Assembly (NCBI GenBank): GCA_963663235.2
Contig: CAXXNO010000005.1
Coordinates: 113,605-177,604 of the forward strand
Direction of reading: 5' to 3'
DNA from: Dehalococcoidia bacterium
GTDB taxonomy: Bacteria > Chloroflexota > Dehalococcoidia > Bin125
Length of the DNA stretch: 64,000 bases
Shown: one piece after another, positions 8,301-18,709 of the stretch
Layout: each line of letters starts with the position of its first letter
How positions within the stretch are numbered: the first letter of the stretch is position 1
Program-made: the position numbers and the translations under genes
The notes under the pieces: model-generated
Database searches by the model: none
The model's input: only the letters and a program-made list of their open reading frames with translations
What the model was told of the DNA's origin: nothing

Positions 8301-9575
8301 CTAGGTGATCACGCCGGCGGCGCGAAGCGCTGCCACCTCCTCGGCCTCGAAGCCGTGCACTATCAACACCGCGTCGCTGTCACGGCCGTACGCGGGCGCG
8401 GCGCCATGCGCCGCCGTGGGCGTCACCGACATGGAGACCGTCGGCCCCGCGACCTGCTGGGGACCCGTCACCGGATGCTCCAGTTCCCACATCAGCCCCG
8501 CAGCCCCCACGTGCACGTCAGCCGCCATCTCCTCCGGGAAGTTGACCGGGGCCGCGGGCGCGCCTGCCGCTCGGAACGCTTCGTCCCATTCCTGCACTGT
8601 TCGCCCCAGCATTCTGCGTTCGACCTCCGCCTTCCACTGCGCGAACCGCGACATGTCCGCGGCGTTCTTGGGGTCGAAGTCGCGGCCGTCGATCTCGTCG
8701 CTCACGCCTACCACGGTGCACGCCGCCGCGCGGTTCGCCGGCGTGAGGCAGCCGAGCGCGATGTATCCGTCCTTGGCTCGATAGACCTCGTAGTACAGAC
8801 GTGGGGGCCCCGCCTCCGCCACCCGATACCGATCGCGGATCGCCAGCTGCTCTTGGTAGGAGCCGCCCTCTCGACGGCTCTCCGCGATTTCGGTCATCAT
8901 CGGCGCGCGGACCCCGGCGTCGCTCACGGGCTCCTCCATCACGTGGATATCGAGCAGCGACAGCGCCGTTCGCAACAGGGACGCCTCGATGCGTTGGCCC
9001 CGGCCGCTCCGCTCGCGCTGGTACAGGGCGGCGCAGATCGCCATGGCAGCCGCCAGGCCGGTGGCGTAATCGACGGTCGGCGGGCGGTTGAACGCGGGCA
9101 GCCCCTCCTTATCCATCTTCCCCCCAACAACGAGCAGCCCGGAATAGGCCGCCATCGTCAGGTCCGTCGCCGCGTCTTCTGACCGTGGCCCGCGGTGTCC
9201 CCACCCCGTGATGTCGCAATAGATCAGGCGCGGGTGTGAGGCCGAGAGGGTCGCGTAGTCGATCCCCAGCCGCTTCACCGCTCCTGGGCGCAAGTTGACG
9301 GTGACCACGTCGAAACCCGGAAGCATACGATCGATGACCGCACGGCCCCGCGCATCCTTGACGTCAATCGCCAGGGCTTGCTTGCCTCGGTTCAGCGCCT
9401 GGAACCGTTTGCTCTCATGCGGCTCCACGGCGCCCTGGTTTCGGTACGGCTCGCCCTCGCGCGGCTCGATCTTCACCACCTCCGCGCCGAGGTCGGAGAG
9501 GTTCACGCCGCAATACGGTCCCGCGACGAGCTGCGTGAACTCCAGGACCCGGACGCCGTCCAGTGCACCGCCCAC
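8301..9575 (-). CDS. CaiB/BaiF family III CoA transferase
   Basis: LDGVRVLEF, AGPYC, LGAEVVKIE, NRGKQ. Confidence 0.9.
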   Translation of the reverse strand: MGGALDGVRVLEFTQLVAGPYCGVNLSDLGAEVVKIEPREGEPYRNQGAVEPHESKRFQALNRGKQALAIDVKDARGRAVIDRMLPGFDVVTVNLRPGAVKRLGIDYATLSASHPRLIYCDITGWGHRGPRSEDAATDLTMAAYSGLLVVGGKMDKEGLPAFNRPPTVDYATGLAAAMAICAALYQRERSGRGQRIEASLLRTALSLLDIHVMEEPVSDAGVRAPMMTEIAESRREGGSYQEQLAIRDRYRVAEAGPPRLYYEVYRAKDGYIALGCLTPANRAAACTVVGVSDEIDGRDFDPKNAADMSRFAQWKAEVERRMLGRTVQEWDEAFRAAGAPAAPVNFPEEMAADVHVGAAGLMWELEHPVTGPQQVAGPTVSMSVTPTAAHGAAPAYGRDSDAVLIVHGFEAEEVAALRAAGVIT

Positions 9576-9729
9576 GCCTGGCTCCCTCCCTCCATCCCGG
9601 CGACCGGTCGCGCCCTCCGGGCGCGCCCCAGCCTAGCGGGTCCATCCTGCCGCCGCAGAGACCACGCGATGCCGTCCCTCGGCCTGCGGCGGGCGGGCTA
9701 CGACCCTACCGCGGGCGCCTCCTCGATGC

Positions 9730-10710
9730 TCACACGGGCACCCAGAACAGCTTCCTCTCGCGCTTCGCCTTGGCGAGCTGGCCCTCTTCAAATAGGTACT
9801 GGAGGTGGGCCAGTGTCTCGAAGCCGGCCGCGCGCTGCATGAACGGCTCGAAGTCGCTCAATCTGCCCGTCGTCCACTCGATCCGGCCGGCGACCTCCCA
9901 GGCCGTGGAGCCGCCACGGTCCACGCATCGCAGCATCTCTTCCAGCCGCGTCTTGTGGTGGTCGTGGATCTCCCTGATCCGGCGTTGCAGCTCTTTCGTG
10001 TCGAACTCGTGCGCGGGCAGGACGTGTTCGACGTCCAGCTTGCCCACAACGTCCAAGGACCGCAGATAGTCCCCCAGAGGGTTGGCGGACGTCTGCGGAT
10101 GCATCGACACGTTGGGAGTGATCGTCGGCAGGATATGGTCGCCGCTGAGGAGGATCTTCCGGTTCGGCTCGTACAGGCAGATGTGGCCCGGCGCATGGCC
10201 GGGCGTCCACACCACCTCGAATTCAAAGTCGCCCGCCTTGAGGACTTCGCCGCCCTGAAGCTCGACGTCCGCCGGCGTCGCGACGCCGTGCTCCTCCAGG
10301 TAGGTCGACATCTCCTCCATCAAGCGCTTCGGCGCCGAGTAGCGTGAGCCGATGACCTCCGCTTCCTTCGCGTGCATGAGAACGTCGCAGGCGGAGATCT
10401 GCTTCACTCGTCCGGCCATGCCGAAGTGGTCCGGGTGGACGTGGGTGATGACCAGTTTGGTCACTTCCGCGGGATGGGAGCCGTGCTCCTCCATGCCGGT
10501 GGCCAGCGCCGCATAGGCCGCTTCCGTGTTCCAGCCACAGTCGACGAGCATCGTCTCGCCACCGCTCCGGATCAGGTACGGGAGGACGTACGGGAGGCCC
10601 TTTGTGACCCGCGGCTTCTTCTGGAGGTCACGCCGCAGCTGCGTCGCGTCTTCCAGCGTGAATTTCGGGAAGGGCGTGAGCAACTGGTAGAGGCCCGCGA
10701 CGATTTCCAT
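9730..10710 (-). CDS. MBL-fold metallo-hydrolase
   Basis: THVHPDH, TPGHAPGH, SGDH, PAH. Confidence 0.9.
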   Translation of the reverse strand: MEIVAGLYQLLTPFPKFTLEDATQLRRDLQKKPRVTKGLPYVLPYLIRSGGETMLVDCGWNTEAAYAALATGMEEHGSHPAEVTKLVITHVHPDHFGMAGRVKQISACDVLMHAKEAEVIGSRYSAPKRLMEEMSTYLEEHGVATPADVELQGGEVLKAGDFEFEVVWTPGHAPGHICLYEPNRKILLSGDHILPTITPNVSMHPQTSANPLGDYLRSLDVVGKLDVEHVLPAHEFDTKELQRRIREIHDHHKTRLEEMLRCVDRGGSTAWEVAGRIEWTTGRLSDFEPFMQRAAGFETLAHLQYLFEEGQLAKAKRERKLFWVPV

Positions 10711-10953
10711 GCAGGTCGAGCCTCCGATCGCTGCCCGATGCTAACAGTCCCCAATCCGTGCCCGCCGCCCGCCGGCGCGATCGCGCCTTCGTGGTGGGCG
10801 GCGCGATATGCTCTGACCTGATGCCGCCTCGGAGGCCCTTGATATCCGACGCTGCGCCCGACGGATGGAGGACGCCGGAGGAATGGACGAATCGCGGATG
10901 ACTTTGGATAGGGCAAGCCGCACGGGGCTTACGCGTGAGCGGCGGCGGCCGGG

Positions 10954-11511
10954 ATGAACGGTCCCTCGCTTCGCGGTCGACTCTTGGTAGCGGCGCCGCG
11001 TCTCATCGATCCGAACTTCTTCCGGACCGCGGTGCTCATCATCGACCACGGGGACCACGGCGCGGCCGGCCTGGTCTTGAACCGTCCCACCAACGTCCGC
11101 ACAGGCGGAACCATTCCCCGCTGGGATCGCTTGGCGGCTCTTCCCGCTGTCATTTTCGTGGGCGGCCCGGTACAGCGAGATTCCGCCATCGCTTTGGCAA
11201 AGGCCGGGCCCGAGGCCACGCTGCCCGACTGGAGGCCCATCGTCGATACCGTGGGCATCGTGGACCTCCGCCTCGACCCTGATGAGGTGGGGACGGACAT
11301 CGAGCGGCTGCGTGTCTTCTCCGGCTACGCGGGATGGGGAGCGGGACAACTGGAGGCGGAGATCAGCACCGGATCGTGGCTCGTGGTTGATGCCCGGCCT
11401 GACGATGTCCTCACCGCCGCCCCCGCGCGCCTCTGGCACCTGGCGCTCACACGTCAGCGGGGCCGGTTCGCCGGGCTGGTGACGCTGCCCTCGGATCCGT
11501 CGCTGAACTAG
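10954..11511 (+). CDS. YqgE/AlgH family protein
   Basis: DPNFFRT, GLVLNRP, GGPV, GYAGWGAGQLEAEI. Confidence 0.92.
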   Translation: MNGPSLRGRLLVAAPRLIDPNFFRTAVLIIDHGDHGAAGLVLNRPTNVRTGGTIPRWDRLAALPAVIFVGGPVQRDSAIALAKAGPEATLPDWRPIVDTVGIVDLRLDPDEVGTDIERLRVFSGYAGWGAGQLEAEISTGSWLVVDARPDDVLTAAPARLWHLALTRQRGRFAGLVTLPSDPSLN

Positions 11512-11547
11512 ACGGGACGGGCTCGTGCGCCCTGCCCCAGCCTGCGG

Positions 11548-12300
11548 CTACCACTGCCGCCCCATACCTCCGCGGGTGCCGTAGAACCCCGCCGGCCAGT
11601 TCCGCCCCCCCATCACCGCCTTGTCCACGTCCTCTTTGCTGGCGATACCCTCCGCCACGATGCTATCCGCCTCGCGACGGGCCGCGGCGAAGATGCGATT
11701 GAGGAGGAAGCCGTAGGTCTCTGGCGTGTCCCGCACCATGCTCACCTCCTTGCCCGCGCGCTCGGCGAGGCCTCGCACTGTCTCGATCGTCTCCGCGGAC
11801 GCCTGGGGCGTGTAGACCACTTCGCACATCTTCATCTTGGGCACGGGGTTCGAGAAGTGCATCCCCGCGAACAGCGCTTTGCGCGACTCCGACAAGTCCC
11901 GAGCGACCTCGCCGATGACGAAACCGGAAGTGTTCGAGGCGAAGATCGCCTCGGCCTTCACGATCGCATCCAGCTCCTTGAACACCCGTTGCTTCAGTTC
12001 GAGATCCTCCGTGACCGCCTCGATGACGACGTCGGAATCCCCCAGCGCGGCCATATCGGTGGTGAACGAGATCCGCTGCATCGCCTCCACGCCGACGTCA
12101 AACTGCAACTTCCCGATCTCCACGGCTCGCTTGATGCCCCAGCGGCCCTCGATGGCTGATTCCTTCGTCGCGGACAGGATCTCCTCACTGATGTCGCAAA
12201 CGACCACCTCGTAGCCGCTGATCGCCATCACTTCGGCGATGCCACCCCCCATGACCCCGCCGCCGAGCACGCCGATCCTCTGCACTTGGTTCAACTGCAC
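11548..12300 (-). CDS. 3-hydroxyacyl-CoA dehydrogenase family protein
   Basis: GGGVMGGGIA, IEAVTEDLELK, ASNTS, GMHF. Confidence 0.9.
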   Translation of the reverse strand: MQLNQVQRIGVLGGGVMGGGIAEVMAISGYEVVVCDISEEILSATKESAIEGRWGIKRAVEIGKLQFDVGVEAMQRISFTTDMAALGDSDVVIEAVTEDLELKQRVFKELDAIVKAEAIFASNTSGFVIGEVARDLSESRKALFAGMHFSNPVPKMKMCEVVYTPQASAETIETVRGLAERAGKEVSMVRDTPETYGFLLNRIFAAARREADSIVAEGIASKEDVDKAVMGGRNWPAGFYGTRGGMGRQW

Positions 12301-12541
12301 GCTCCTCCTCCTTCCGTGGTCCGGCGTCGCCGGCCGATGCGAGGCTACGACACGAGACGGCTCTGCCGCGAGCCCGCCCGCAGGCCGCGCGGCGCCCAGC
12401 GGGCCCGCCGGCCCTGTCCACTAGAATGCGGGAGTTCGTCGCGGTTGGGCTCTCTGCCAGCCCCGAGTCTGGGCGGTGTCGCGATGGCGCTGCGGCCGGA
12501 TCCCGCAACTTCGATGCTGCTCCCGGTGCCCTCCTGGGTCC

Positions 12542-12682
12542 ACGGCGACGGCGGAGAAGTACGCCGAGATCAACCGGCCAATCCACCCCCAGGAGCTGCG
12601 ACAGGCCTTCGATAATGCGACGAAGGCGGGCCTTTGGCGGCTCGACGCTCGCTGGAGGACGCTCTCTCCCAGTGACAACTAG
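12542..12682 (+). pseudogene. C-terminal remnant resembling PflX-like radical SAM protein
   Basis: EKYAEINRPIHPQELRQAFDNATKAGLWRLD recalls the PflX C-terminus; no start or upstream coding body. Confidence 0.4.
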
Positions 12683-12715
12683 ACTCGCACGCACCTTCGG
12701 ACGGCAGAGAAACGA

Positions 12716-14146
12716 GTGAGCATGGCCACGTACCAAGAGGTCCCCACAGTCAAGGCGATCGCGGACGGCCTCGCCAAGGGTGAGTTCTCCAGCCGCGAGA
12801 TTACCGAACGCTGCCTCCGGCAGATCGAGACCACGGACGGCGTCATCAAGGCCTTTAATCTGGTCACCACCGATGTGGCCTTGAAAGCGGCGGACGCCTC
12901 CGACGAGCGACGCCGAAACGGCCGCCCGCTCGGTCCGCTCGACGGCGTCCCCTACGCCGCCAAGGACCTGGTCGAGACCGCGGGGATCGAGACCACGGGA
13001 TCCTCCAAGGTGCTCGCGGGCAACGTCCCCACTCGCGACGCCTCCACGGTGGAGCGCTTGAACGCGGCCGGGGCGGTCCTCATCGGCAAGACCAACACCC
13101 ACCAGTTCGCCTACGGCGTGCAGACGCCCCCTACGCGCAACCCCTGGGACATGGAGCTGGCCCGCGTCCCCGGCGGTTCCAGCGGCGGCACCGGCGCGGC
13201 CGTCGCCACGACGCAGATCCCGCTCGGCCTCGGCACGGACACGGGCGGCTCCATCCGCATCCCCGCCTGCCTCAACGGGATCACCGGACTGAAGGCCACC
13301 TTCGGACGCATCCCCAAGGACGGCGTTTTCGTCTTGTCGTATTCCCGCGACAACATCGGGCCTATGTGCTGGACCGCCGAGGATGCCGCGCTGACCCTCA
13401 ACGTGCTCGCCGGCCGCGACGCGCGCGACCCCAACTCGTCCGCCCGGCCGACGGAGGATTACACGGCCGCTCTCGCCACTGGCGTCATGGGGCTGCGGAT
13501 CGCGGTCCCCACCAATTACTTCGTGAGCCACTATCCGGCCGTCACCGCTGCCTTCCGCGCCGCCGCAGAGCAACTGCGGGCGTTGGGCGCCGATCTCTTT
13601 GAGGTCACCGTCCCGCAGAGCGTCGCGCAGGCCCCACCGGCGGGTTTCATCGTCACCTTGGCGGAATCGGCGGCCTGGCACGGCCCCCGCTTGCGACGCC
13701 AGGGGCAGGACTATGGCGACGACGTACGCCGCAATCTCCAACTGGCCGAGCTGGTCCTCGCCACGGATTACATCAACGCGAAGCGCTTCCGCTCGCGCTT
13801 CATCGCGGACATGCGCCAGCACTGGCGCGATGAGCGGATCGACGTCATGATCACGCCCACTATCGCCGTGACGGCCGCGCGGCACGGACAGATGGAGTAC
13901 GAGGCGCCCGACGGGTTCTCGGAGACGCTCATGGCCGCTTCGACCCGCTGCACGTCGCCCTTCAACCTCACGGGCCAGCCGGCTCTGACGGTCCCGTGCG
14001 GCTTCGACGAGAAAGGCCTTCCCGTCGGCTTGCAGATCGTTGCCCGGCCCTGGGAGGAGGCGCTGGTCCTGCGGGTGGGCCACGCCTACCAGCAGGCGAC
14101 CGACTGGCACGCGCGGCGACCGGACCTGGCCGCGCCCGACGCCTGA
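12716..14146 (+). CDS. Amidase signature family protein
   Basis: GPLDGVPYAAKD, PGGSSGG, GTDTGGSIRIPA. Confidence 0.93.
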   Translation: MSMATYQEVPTVKAIADGLAKGEFSSREITERCLRQIETTDGVIKAFNLVTTDVALKAADASDERRRNGRPLGPLDGVPYAAKDLVETAGIETTGSSKVLAGNVPTRDASTVERLNAAGAVLIGKTNTHQFAYGVQTPPTRNPWDMELARVPGGSSGGTGAAVATTQIPLGLGTDTGGSIRIPACLNGITGLKATFGRIPKDGVFVLSYSRDNIGPMCWTAEDAALTLNVLAGRDARDPNSSARPTEDYTAALATGVMGLRIAVPTNYFVSHYPAVTAAFRAAAEQLRALGADLFEVTVPQSVAQAPPAGFIVTLAESAAWHGPRLRRQGQDYGDDVRRNLQLAELVLATDYINAKRFRSRFIADMRQHWRDERIDVMITPTIAVTAARHGQMEYEAPDGFSETLMAASTRCTSPFNLTGQPALTVPCGFDEKGLPVGLQIVARPWEEALVLRVGHAYQQATDWHARRPDLAAPDA

Positions 14147-14598
14147 GCCGCCCGCCGCCCCAGCCGTCAGATCCGGCAGATGGGTCGGAACTCCCCCCGC
14201 GAATGAGCCGTCCGTACCTGCGCACGCTTGCTGCACTCCGCCACAGTGTCGGGGAGCGCTAATCGACGCGCTCGGATGCGGAGGACTCAGATGTTGCAGC
14301 AGCCTCGATTCCCAGACACCCTTCGATTTCCGGACACTGGAGCCACGTCCCCCCACGCGGCCGGGAGTAACGGCGGCGGCGGAGAGACGTCCATGCGCGT
14401 GATCGTCACTGTGCCCGTTCCCAGCGCCGGGGAGATCGTCCAGGTGCGCCTCGTCCGCAGCGGGCAACGAACGGCTGCCTGAGACGCGGACTGCCGCTCT
14501 GGTCGCATGGCGGCGGTCCCGCCCGCCCTTCGCAATCGGAGGCACGCGGGCCGGTCACGATCGATAGGCGCTGCACACCTGGCTCGCTCGTCCCACGC

Positions 14599-15627
14599 TC
14601 ACGCGAGCCGCTGCCATTCCCCCTGCGGCTCGATCCGTTTCGCCGCCGGGATGACCTCTCGCCCCACGCGCTCCACCAGCTCCAGGTACTCGCTCAGCGT
14701 GCCCGAACGCACGTGCATCAGAAAGACCACCAGCGAGTAGCCTGCGGCGGCATAGCCTTGAAGATCTTCCAGGATCTGCTCCGCGGTCCCGGCGCAGTTG
14801 GCGCGCGGCTTCATCCGCGCCGGCTCGTCGTCCGCATCCGTCGGCAGCGCGGTGACGGCCACCAACATGGCGAACTGCGAGAGATCCTTCCCGGCCTGCT
14901 CTGCTTCTCGCCGGATCTCATCCTGCAGCGGCGCCAGACGATGGGGATCCTCATGCTGTTCCACGAGGATCGGGTAGAAGCCGTCGCAATGCCGCGCCGC
15001 TCGGCGCGCGCCCGCCTTCGATACGCCGCCGTAGTAGATCGGCGGGCGCGGCCGCTGGATCGGCTTGGGGTCCATGCTCAGGTTCGCGAAGTTGTAATGC
15101 TGCCCGTCGTAGCTCACCGCGTCGTCTTCCCAGGCGCGCTTGTAGATCTCGATGCACTCCTCCGTCATCGCTCCGCGCTCTTCGATCGATATCCCCAGCG
15201 CTTCGTACTCCTCTTTCTGCCAGCCCGCGCCGACGCCGAACAGGAGTCGGCCGTTGGAAGCGACGTCGATCGTCGCAAACTGACGCGCATCGCTGAGCGG
15301 ATGGCGGTACGGCGCAATGAGCACGGACGATCCCAGCTTCACGCGCTGCGTGTGGGACGCCACCATGCCCATCGTCACGGCGCAGTCCAGCATGGTGTGG
15401 CGCGGTTCGTAGGCGCGCCTCCCCGACACGTTCGCCGGATGGTCGCTGATCGTTGTCAAGGGGATCGTGACGTGGTCCGGGAACCAGAGCGAGTGGTACC
15501 CCAGCCCCTCCGCCAGCTGCGCAACCTTTACCGGCTGCATCTCTTGGGCCGGGATGCTGCGCAGGACGGCCTCCTTCCCGTCCCGCGTGTTGAACCCGTG
15601 GGTATTCATATACAGGCCAATTTCCAT
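14599..15627 (-). CDS. LLM-class probable F420-dependent oxidoreductase (Rv2161c-like)
   Basis: MEIGLYMNTHG, SLWFPDHV, SNGRLLFGVGAGW. Confidence 0.92.
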   Translation of the reverse strand: MEIGLYMNTHGFNTRDGKEAVLRSIPAQEMQPVKVAQLAEGLGYHSLWFPDHVTIPLTTISDHPANVSGRRAYEPRHTMLDCAVTMGMVASHTQRVKLGSSVLIAPYRHPLSDARQFATIDVASNGRLLFGVGAGWQKEEYEALGISIEERGAMTEECIEIYKRAWEDDAVSYDGQHYNFANLSMDPKPIQRPRPPIYYGGVSKAGARRAARHCDGFYPILVEQHEDPHRLAPLQDEIRREAEQAGKDLSQFAMLVAVTALPTDADDEPARMKPRANCAGTAEQILEDLQGYAAAGYSLVVFLMHVRSGTLSEYLELVERVGREVIPAAKRIEPQGEWQRLA

Positions 15628-15856
15628 CAGCAGACCTTTCTGTCGTCCACACCGCATGCCTGCGCGGCCGCGGCCCGCGCGCTTCGATGTCGGCGGCAAA
15701 GCCTACCCCTTCGAGCAGGGCCGAGTCACCTCCCGGCCGCCGGCCGCGCCCTCTGCGACGCTGCCCGCTCCTCCCGGCGCGGGGGCCGGGGGCCGCCCGT
15801 CTGCGCTACCGTGATCCCGACGCCGACGGATCGCAGGACAACGGAGACAGAGCCCA

Positions 15857-16312
15857 ATGAGCGCATTCGCCATACTCGGCACCAACCACACCGGCATCAC
15901 GGTTTCCAGCTTGGACCGCGCCGTCGCCTTCTACCAGGACGTCCTCGGCTTCGAAGTGCGCGATAGAGCGCCGCGCGATCCCGCCTTTATCGAGCGCGTC
16001 GTCGGCGTCCAGGGCGCGGACGTGGAGATCGCCTACGTCACGGCGCCCGGCCACACGCTGGAGCTCATCGAATACCGCGGCCCCGCTGACCGCACGACGG
16101 TCCGCGCCCGCCCCTGCGACGCCGGCGCTACCCATGTCGCTTTCAACGTCGATGATGTGGATGCCGTCGTCGTCGCCGTGGAGGCTGCCGGCTGGACGGC
16201 GGTGAGCGACCCCATCCTCGTGACCGCCGGGCCAAACCGGGGCGCACGCGTGGTCTACACGCGGGACCCGGACGGCGTCACGCTGGAGTTCATCCAGCCA
16301 CCCCCGCGCTGA
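15857..16312 (+). CDS. VOC/glyoxalase family protein
   Basis: NHTGITV, LELIEY, HVAFNVDD, RDPDGVTLE. Confidence 0.9.
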   Translation: MSAFAILGTNHTGITVSSLDRAVAFYQDVLGFEVRDRAPRDPAFIERVVGVQGADVEIAYVTAPGHTLELIEYRGPADRTTVRARPCDAGATHVAFNVDDVDAVVVAVEAAGWTAVSDPILVTAGPNRGARVVYTRDPDGVTLEFIQPPPR

Positions 16313-16336
16313 GCCCACCGCTCGGAGCGGCCGGGG

Positions 16337-17278
16337 TCAGACGACGTTCTCCAGCGGCAGCCCGCGGCGCAGTCGCTCGACATTCTCGGCGACCGCTCCG
16401 GCCATGAGGTCATACGAGTAGTCCGTCACTCCGGCGACGTGTGGCGACGCCACCACGTTCTGCTCCAGGATCGGGTCCGCCGGGTCGACCGGTTCGCGCC
16501 AGTACACGTCCAGCCCCGCCCCGGCGATACGGCCTTCCCGCAGGGCCCACAACAGGCCGTCGTAATCCACCACCGGCCCGCGCGACACGTTGATCAGGTA
16601 CGCGCTGCGCTGCATCCGCTCCAGCTCCTCTTTCCCGATGAGGCCGCGCGTTGCGTCGTCCAGGGGCAGCGCGATGATCACGAAGTCGGCCGCCTCCAGC
16701 GCCCGGCTCAGATCTCCGGGGCCGCCCAGGAAATCGATGCCCATCGACGCGGCATCCGCGCTCGTGGGGTCGCGCTTGATCCCCGACACCTCCATGCCCA
16801 GCGCCTTGAGCCGCGTCGCGATCGCGTTCCCCAGGTTGCCGAGCCCCAGGATCGTCGCCCGTTTGCCGGAGAGCGTGGTGCCCAGCGGCGTTCCCAGACG
16901 CCGCTGGGCCAAGGATTCCGCCTGGGCCGGGCGCTGCCGGGCCAGCGCGAGCATGAGAAACAGCGTCCACTCCGCCACGGCGATGGCATTGCCCGTGTCC
17001 CGGCTGGGCACGCGCGCCACGGCGATCCCGCGCCGCTGGGCGGCGGCGATGTCCACGCCGTCCAGACCCACGCCGAACTGGTGGATCAACCGCAGCTTCT
17101 GGCCTTTCTCGAGACGCGGCGCGTCCAGCATGGCCATCAATGGAATCGCCACGTCCACGTCGCTGATGCGATCGCCGATCGCCGCCTCGGGGCAGTGCAG
17201 GATCTCGTCGTCCGGCAGGTGGCGCCGCAGCGCTTCCCGCGCGTGCTCGAATGTGGTGTCGCAAAAGAGGATCCTCAC
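16337..17278 (-). CDS. D-isomer-specific 2-hydroxyacid dehydrogenase
   Basis: GLGNLG, LINVSRG, GAGLDV, SPHVAG. Confidence 0.92.
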   Translation of the reverse strand: MRILFCDTTFEHAREALRRHLPDDEILHCPEAAIGDRISDVDVAIPLMAMLDAPRLEKGQKLRLIHQFGVGLDGVDIAAAQRRGIAVARVPSRDTGNAIAVAEWTLFLMLALARQRPAQAESLAQRRLGTPLGTTLSGKRATILGLGNLGNAIATRLKALGMEVSGIKRDPTSADAASMGIDFLGGPGDLSRALEAADFVIIALPLDDATRGLIGKEELERMQRSAYLINVSRGPVVDYDGLLWALREGRIAGAGLDVYWREPVDPADPILEQNVVASPHVAGVTDYSYDLMAGAVAENVERLRRGLPLENVV

Positions 17279-17346
17279 AGCCTACCCCCTTCAGGGACGG
17301 CGCAACGCGATCGTGCCCCCGGCGCCGCCCACGCGATCTGCCGGGC

Positions 17347-18453
17347 CTATGCGATTAGCATGACGCCCGCGACTGCCAGGATCGTGCCCACGGCCACCCA
17401 GATCGTGATCCGATCGCGCAGGAACACCGCCCCGAGCAGTAGCCCAATGATCGGGGACGTCGAGAACAGGACGACCGCTGGCCCTGCGCCCACCTCCCCC
17501 AACGCGACGATAAACAGCAGGCTGCCCACGCCGTACCCCAGCGCTCCGGAAGCGATCAGAATGATCGAGGCCCGACGAGGCAACGTCCGGCGGCGGAACT
17601 GGGACTCTGGCTGCGCCATGGTCGCCAGCAGGAGGAGCGGCGCCCCGCCCCACAGGCGCACCGACCCCGCCGCCGCGGAGTCGAATCCGTCCGCCGCGCT
17701 GCTCAGCCAGACGATACCCCCGCCCCACGCCACCCCGGTAATCACGGCCAGCGCGAATCCCACCCAGAAACCCGGCGTGATCCGGCCGATGAAGGGAAGT
17801 CGCGTCTCCAGGCCGCCCGCCGTGTGCTCGCCTGCTCCACGTCCTGCCGGTTCCCCAAGCCCCCCGGCGCGTCGATTGCCCCCACGAGGCCCCCCACGAA
17901 CCCCCCCACGAAACCGAAGGAGGCTCCACCGCGACCCCATCAGCGGCCCGGGCGCTTGCACGCTGGCTGGATCGCTCGCCCGCCCGGCGGGCGGGTCACA
18001 CGCTGCCGTCCCGGCCGCTTGCGGCGCCCGACCGTAGAGCGCGACCAGGTACACGCCTGCGATTACCAGCAGCGACCCGACGGCGATCTGCCAGGTCACC
18101 GTCTCGCCCAGCAGGACCGCTGCCAGGAGGAATGCGAACACGTACTCCAGGCCCATCACAGTGGGAAAGGCTCGCGTCAAGCCGATCGTCGCGATGGACG
18201 CTGTGTAGAGGCTCTCGCCCACCACCAGCAGCAGAATGCCCGTCCCCATGAGTTGCAGCAGGTCGCTGGCGCTCATCCGCCCCACGTCGCTCGCCGCTCC
18301 CAACGCGAAGATCGCGACCGCAAAGAAGCCCACCGCCCCAATCGTGCGCAGCGCGCTCGCGGACAGCGTGTCCGTCCGCGACACCTGCGACGCGAACAGC
18401 GTGCTGGCCACCGCCCAGGCGAGCGCGGAGCCGAGCGCCGCTACGATGCCCAT
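17347..18453 (-). CDS. DMT/EamA family transporter with extended central loop
   Basis: Two hydrophobic EamA halves (LLGETVT, FLRDRIT). Confidence 0.85.
   Translation of the reverse strand: MGIVAALGSALAWAVASTLFASQVSRTDTLSASALRTIGAVGFFAVAIFALGAASDVGRMSASDLLQLMGTGILLLVVGESLYTASIATIGLTRAFPTVMGLEYVFAFLLAAVLLGETVTWQIAVGSLLVIAGVYLVALYGRAPQAAGTAACDPPAGRASDPASVQAPGPLMGSRWSLLRFRGGVRGGPRGGNRRAGGLGEPAGRGAGEHTAGGLETRLPFIGRITPGFWVGFALAVITGVAWGGGIVWLSSAADGFDSAAAGSVRLWGGAPLLLLATMAQPESQFRRRTLPRRASIILIASGALGYGVGSLLFIVALGEVGAGPAVVLFSTSPIIGLLLGAVFLRDRITIWVAVGTILAVAGVMLIA
17879..17914. repeat. 3 x 12-bp tandem repeat CCCCCACGANNC (encodes RGG x3)
   Basis: cccccacgaggc cccccacgaacc cccccacgaaac. Confidence 0.8.
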
Positions 18454-18709
18454 CCCTGCTCCTTTACCCTCGCGTGTCTCATGAAGGTGTACGTCGGCCG
18501 ACGCAGAAGGTCACGGCCGGCGCCGCCCTCTATGCCGTGCGACGGTACTCGATGCCGCGCGCTCGGCGGCCTGAACCGCTCGCCCGGGCGAAGCCGCCCG
18601 CCCCCGGGTCGTCGCGATCCGGGGGCGGCTCCCGGCCCCGTCCGCCGCCGGACGCGCCGCACCGCGCCTCGCCCGATCGGTATCATGCGGACAGCCGGAG
18701 CGACGAATC

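Noticed and set aside
10883-10957. 24-aa ORF coupled to yqgE
   Set aside because: Has an SD but no recognisable features; cannot be distinguished from chance
12716-14146. gatA
   Set aside because: No gatB or gatC neighbours and no GatA-specific features recognised; generic amidase
12185-14545. Long ORFs such as 12185..14545, 2775..4745, 17824..19815, 35266..36876 and 37245..39527
   Set aside because: Antisense or off-frame shadows of recognisable genes, expected at high GC
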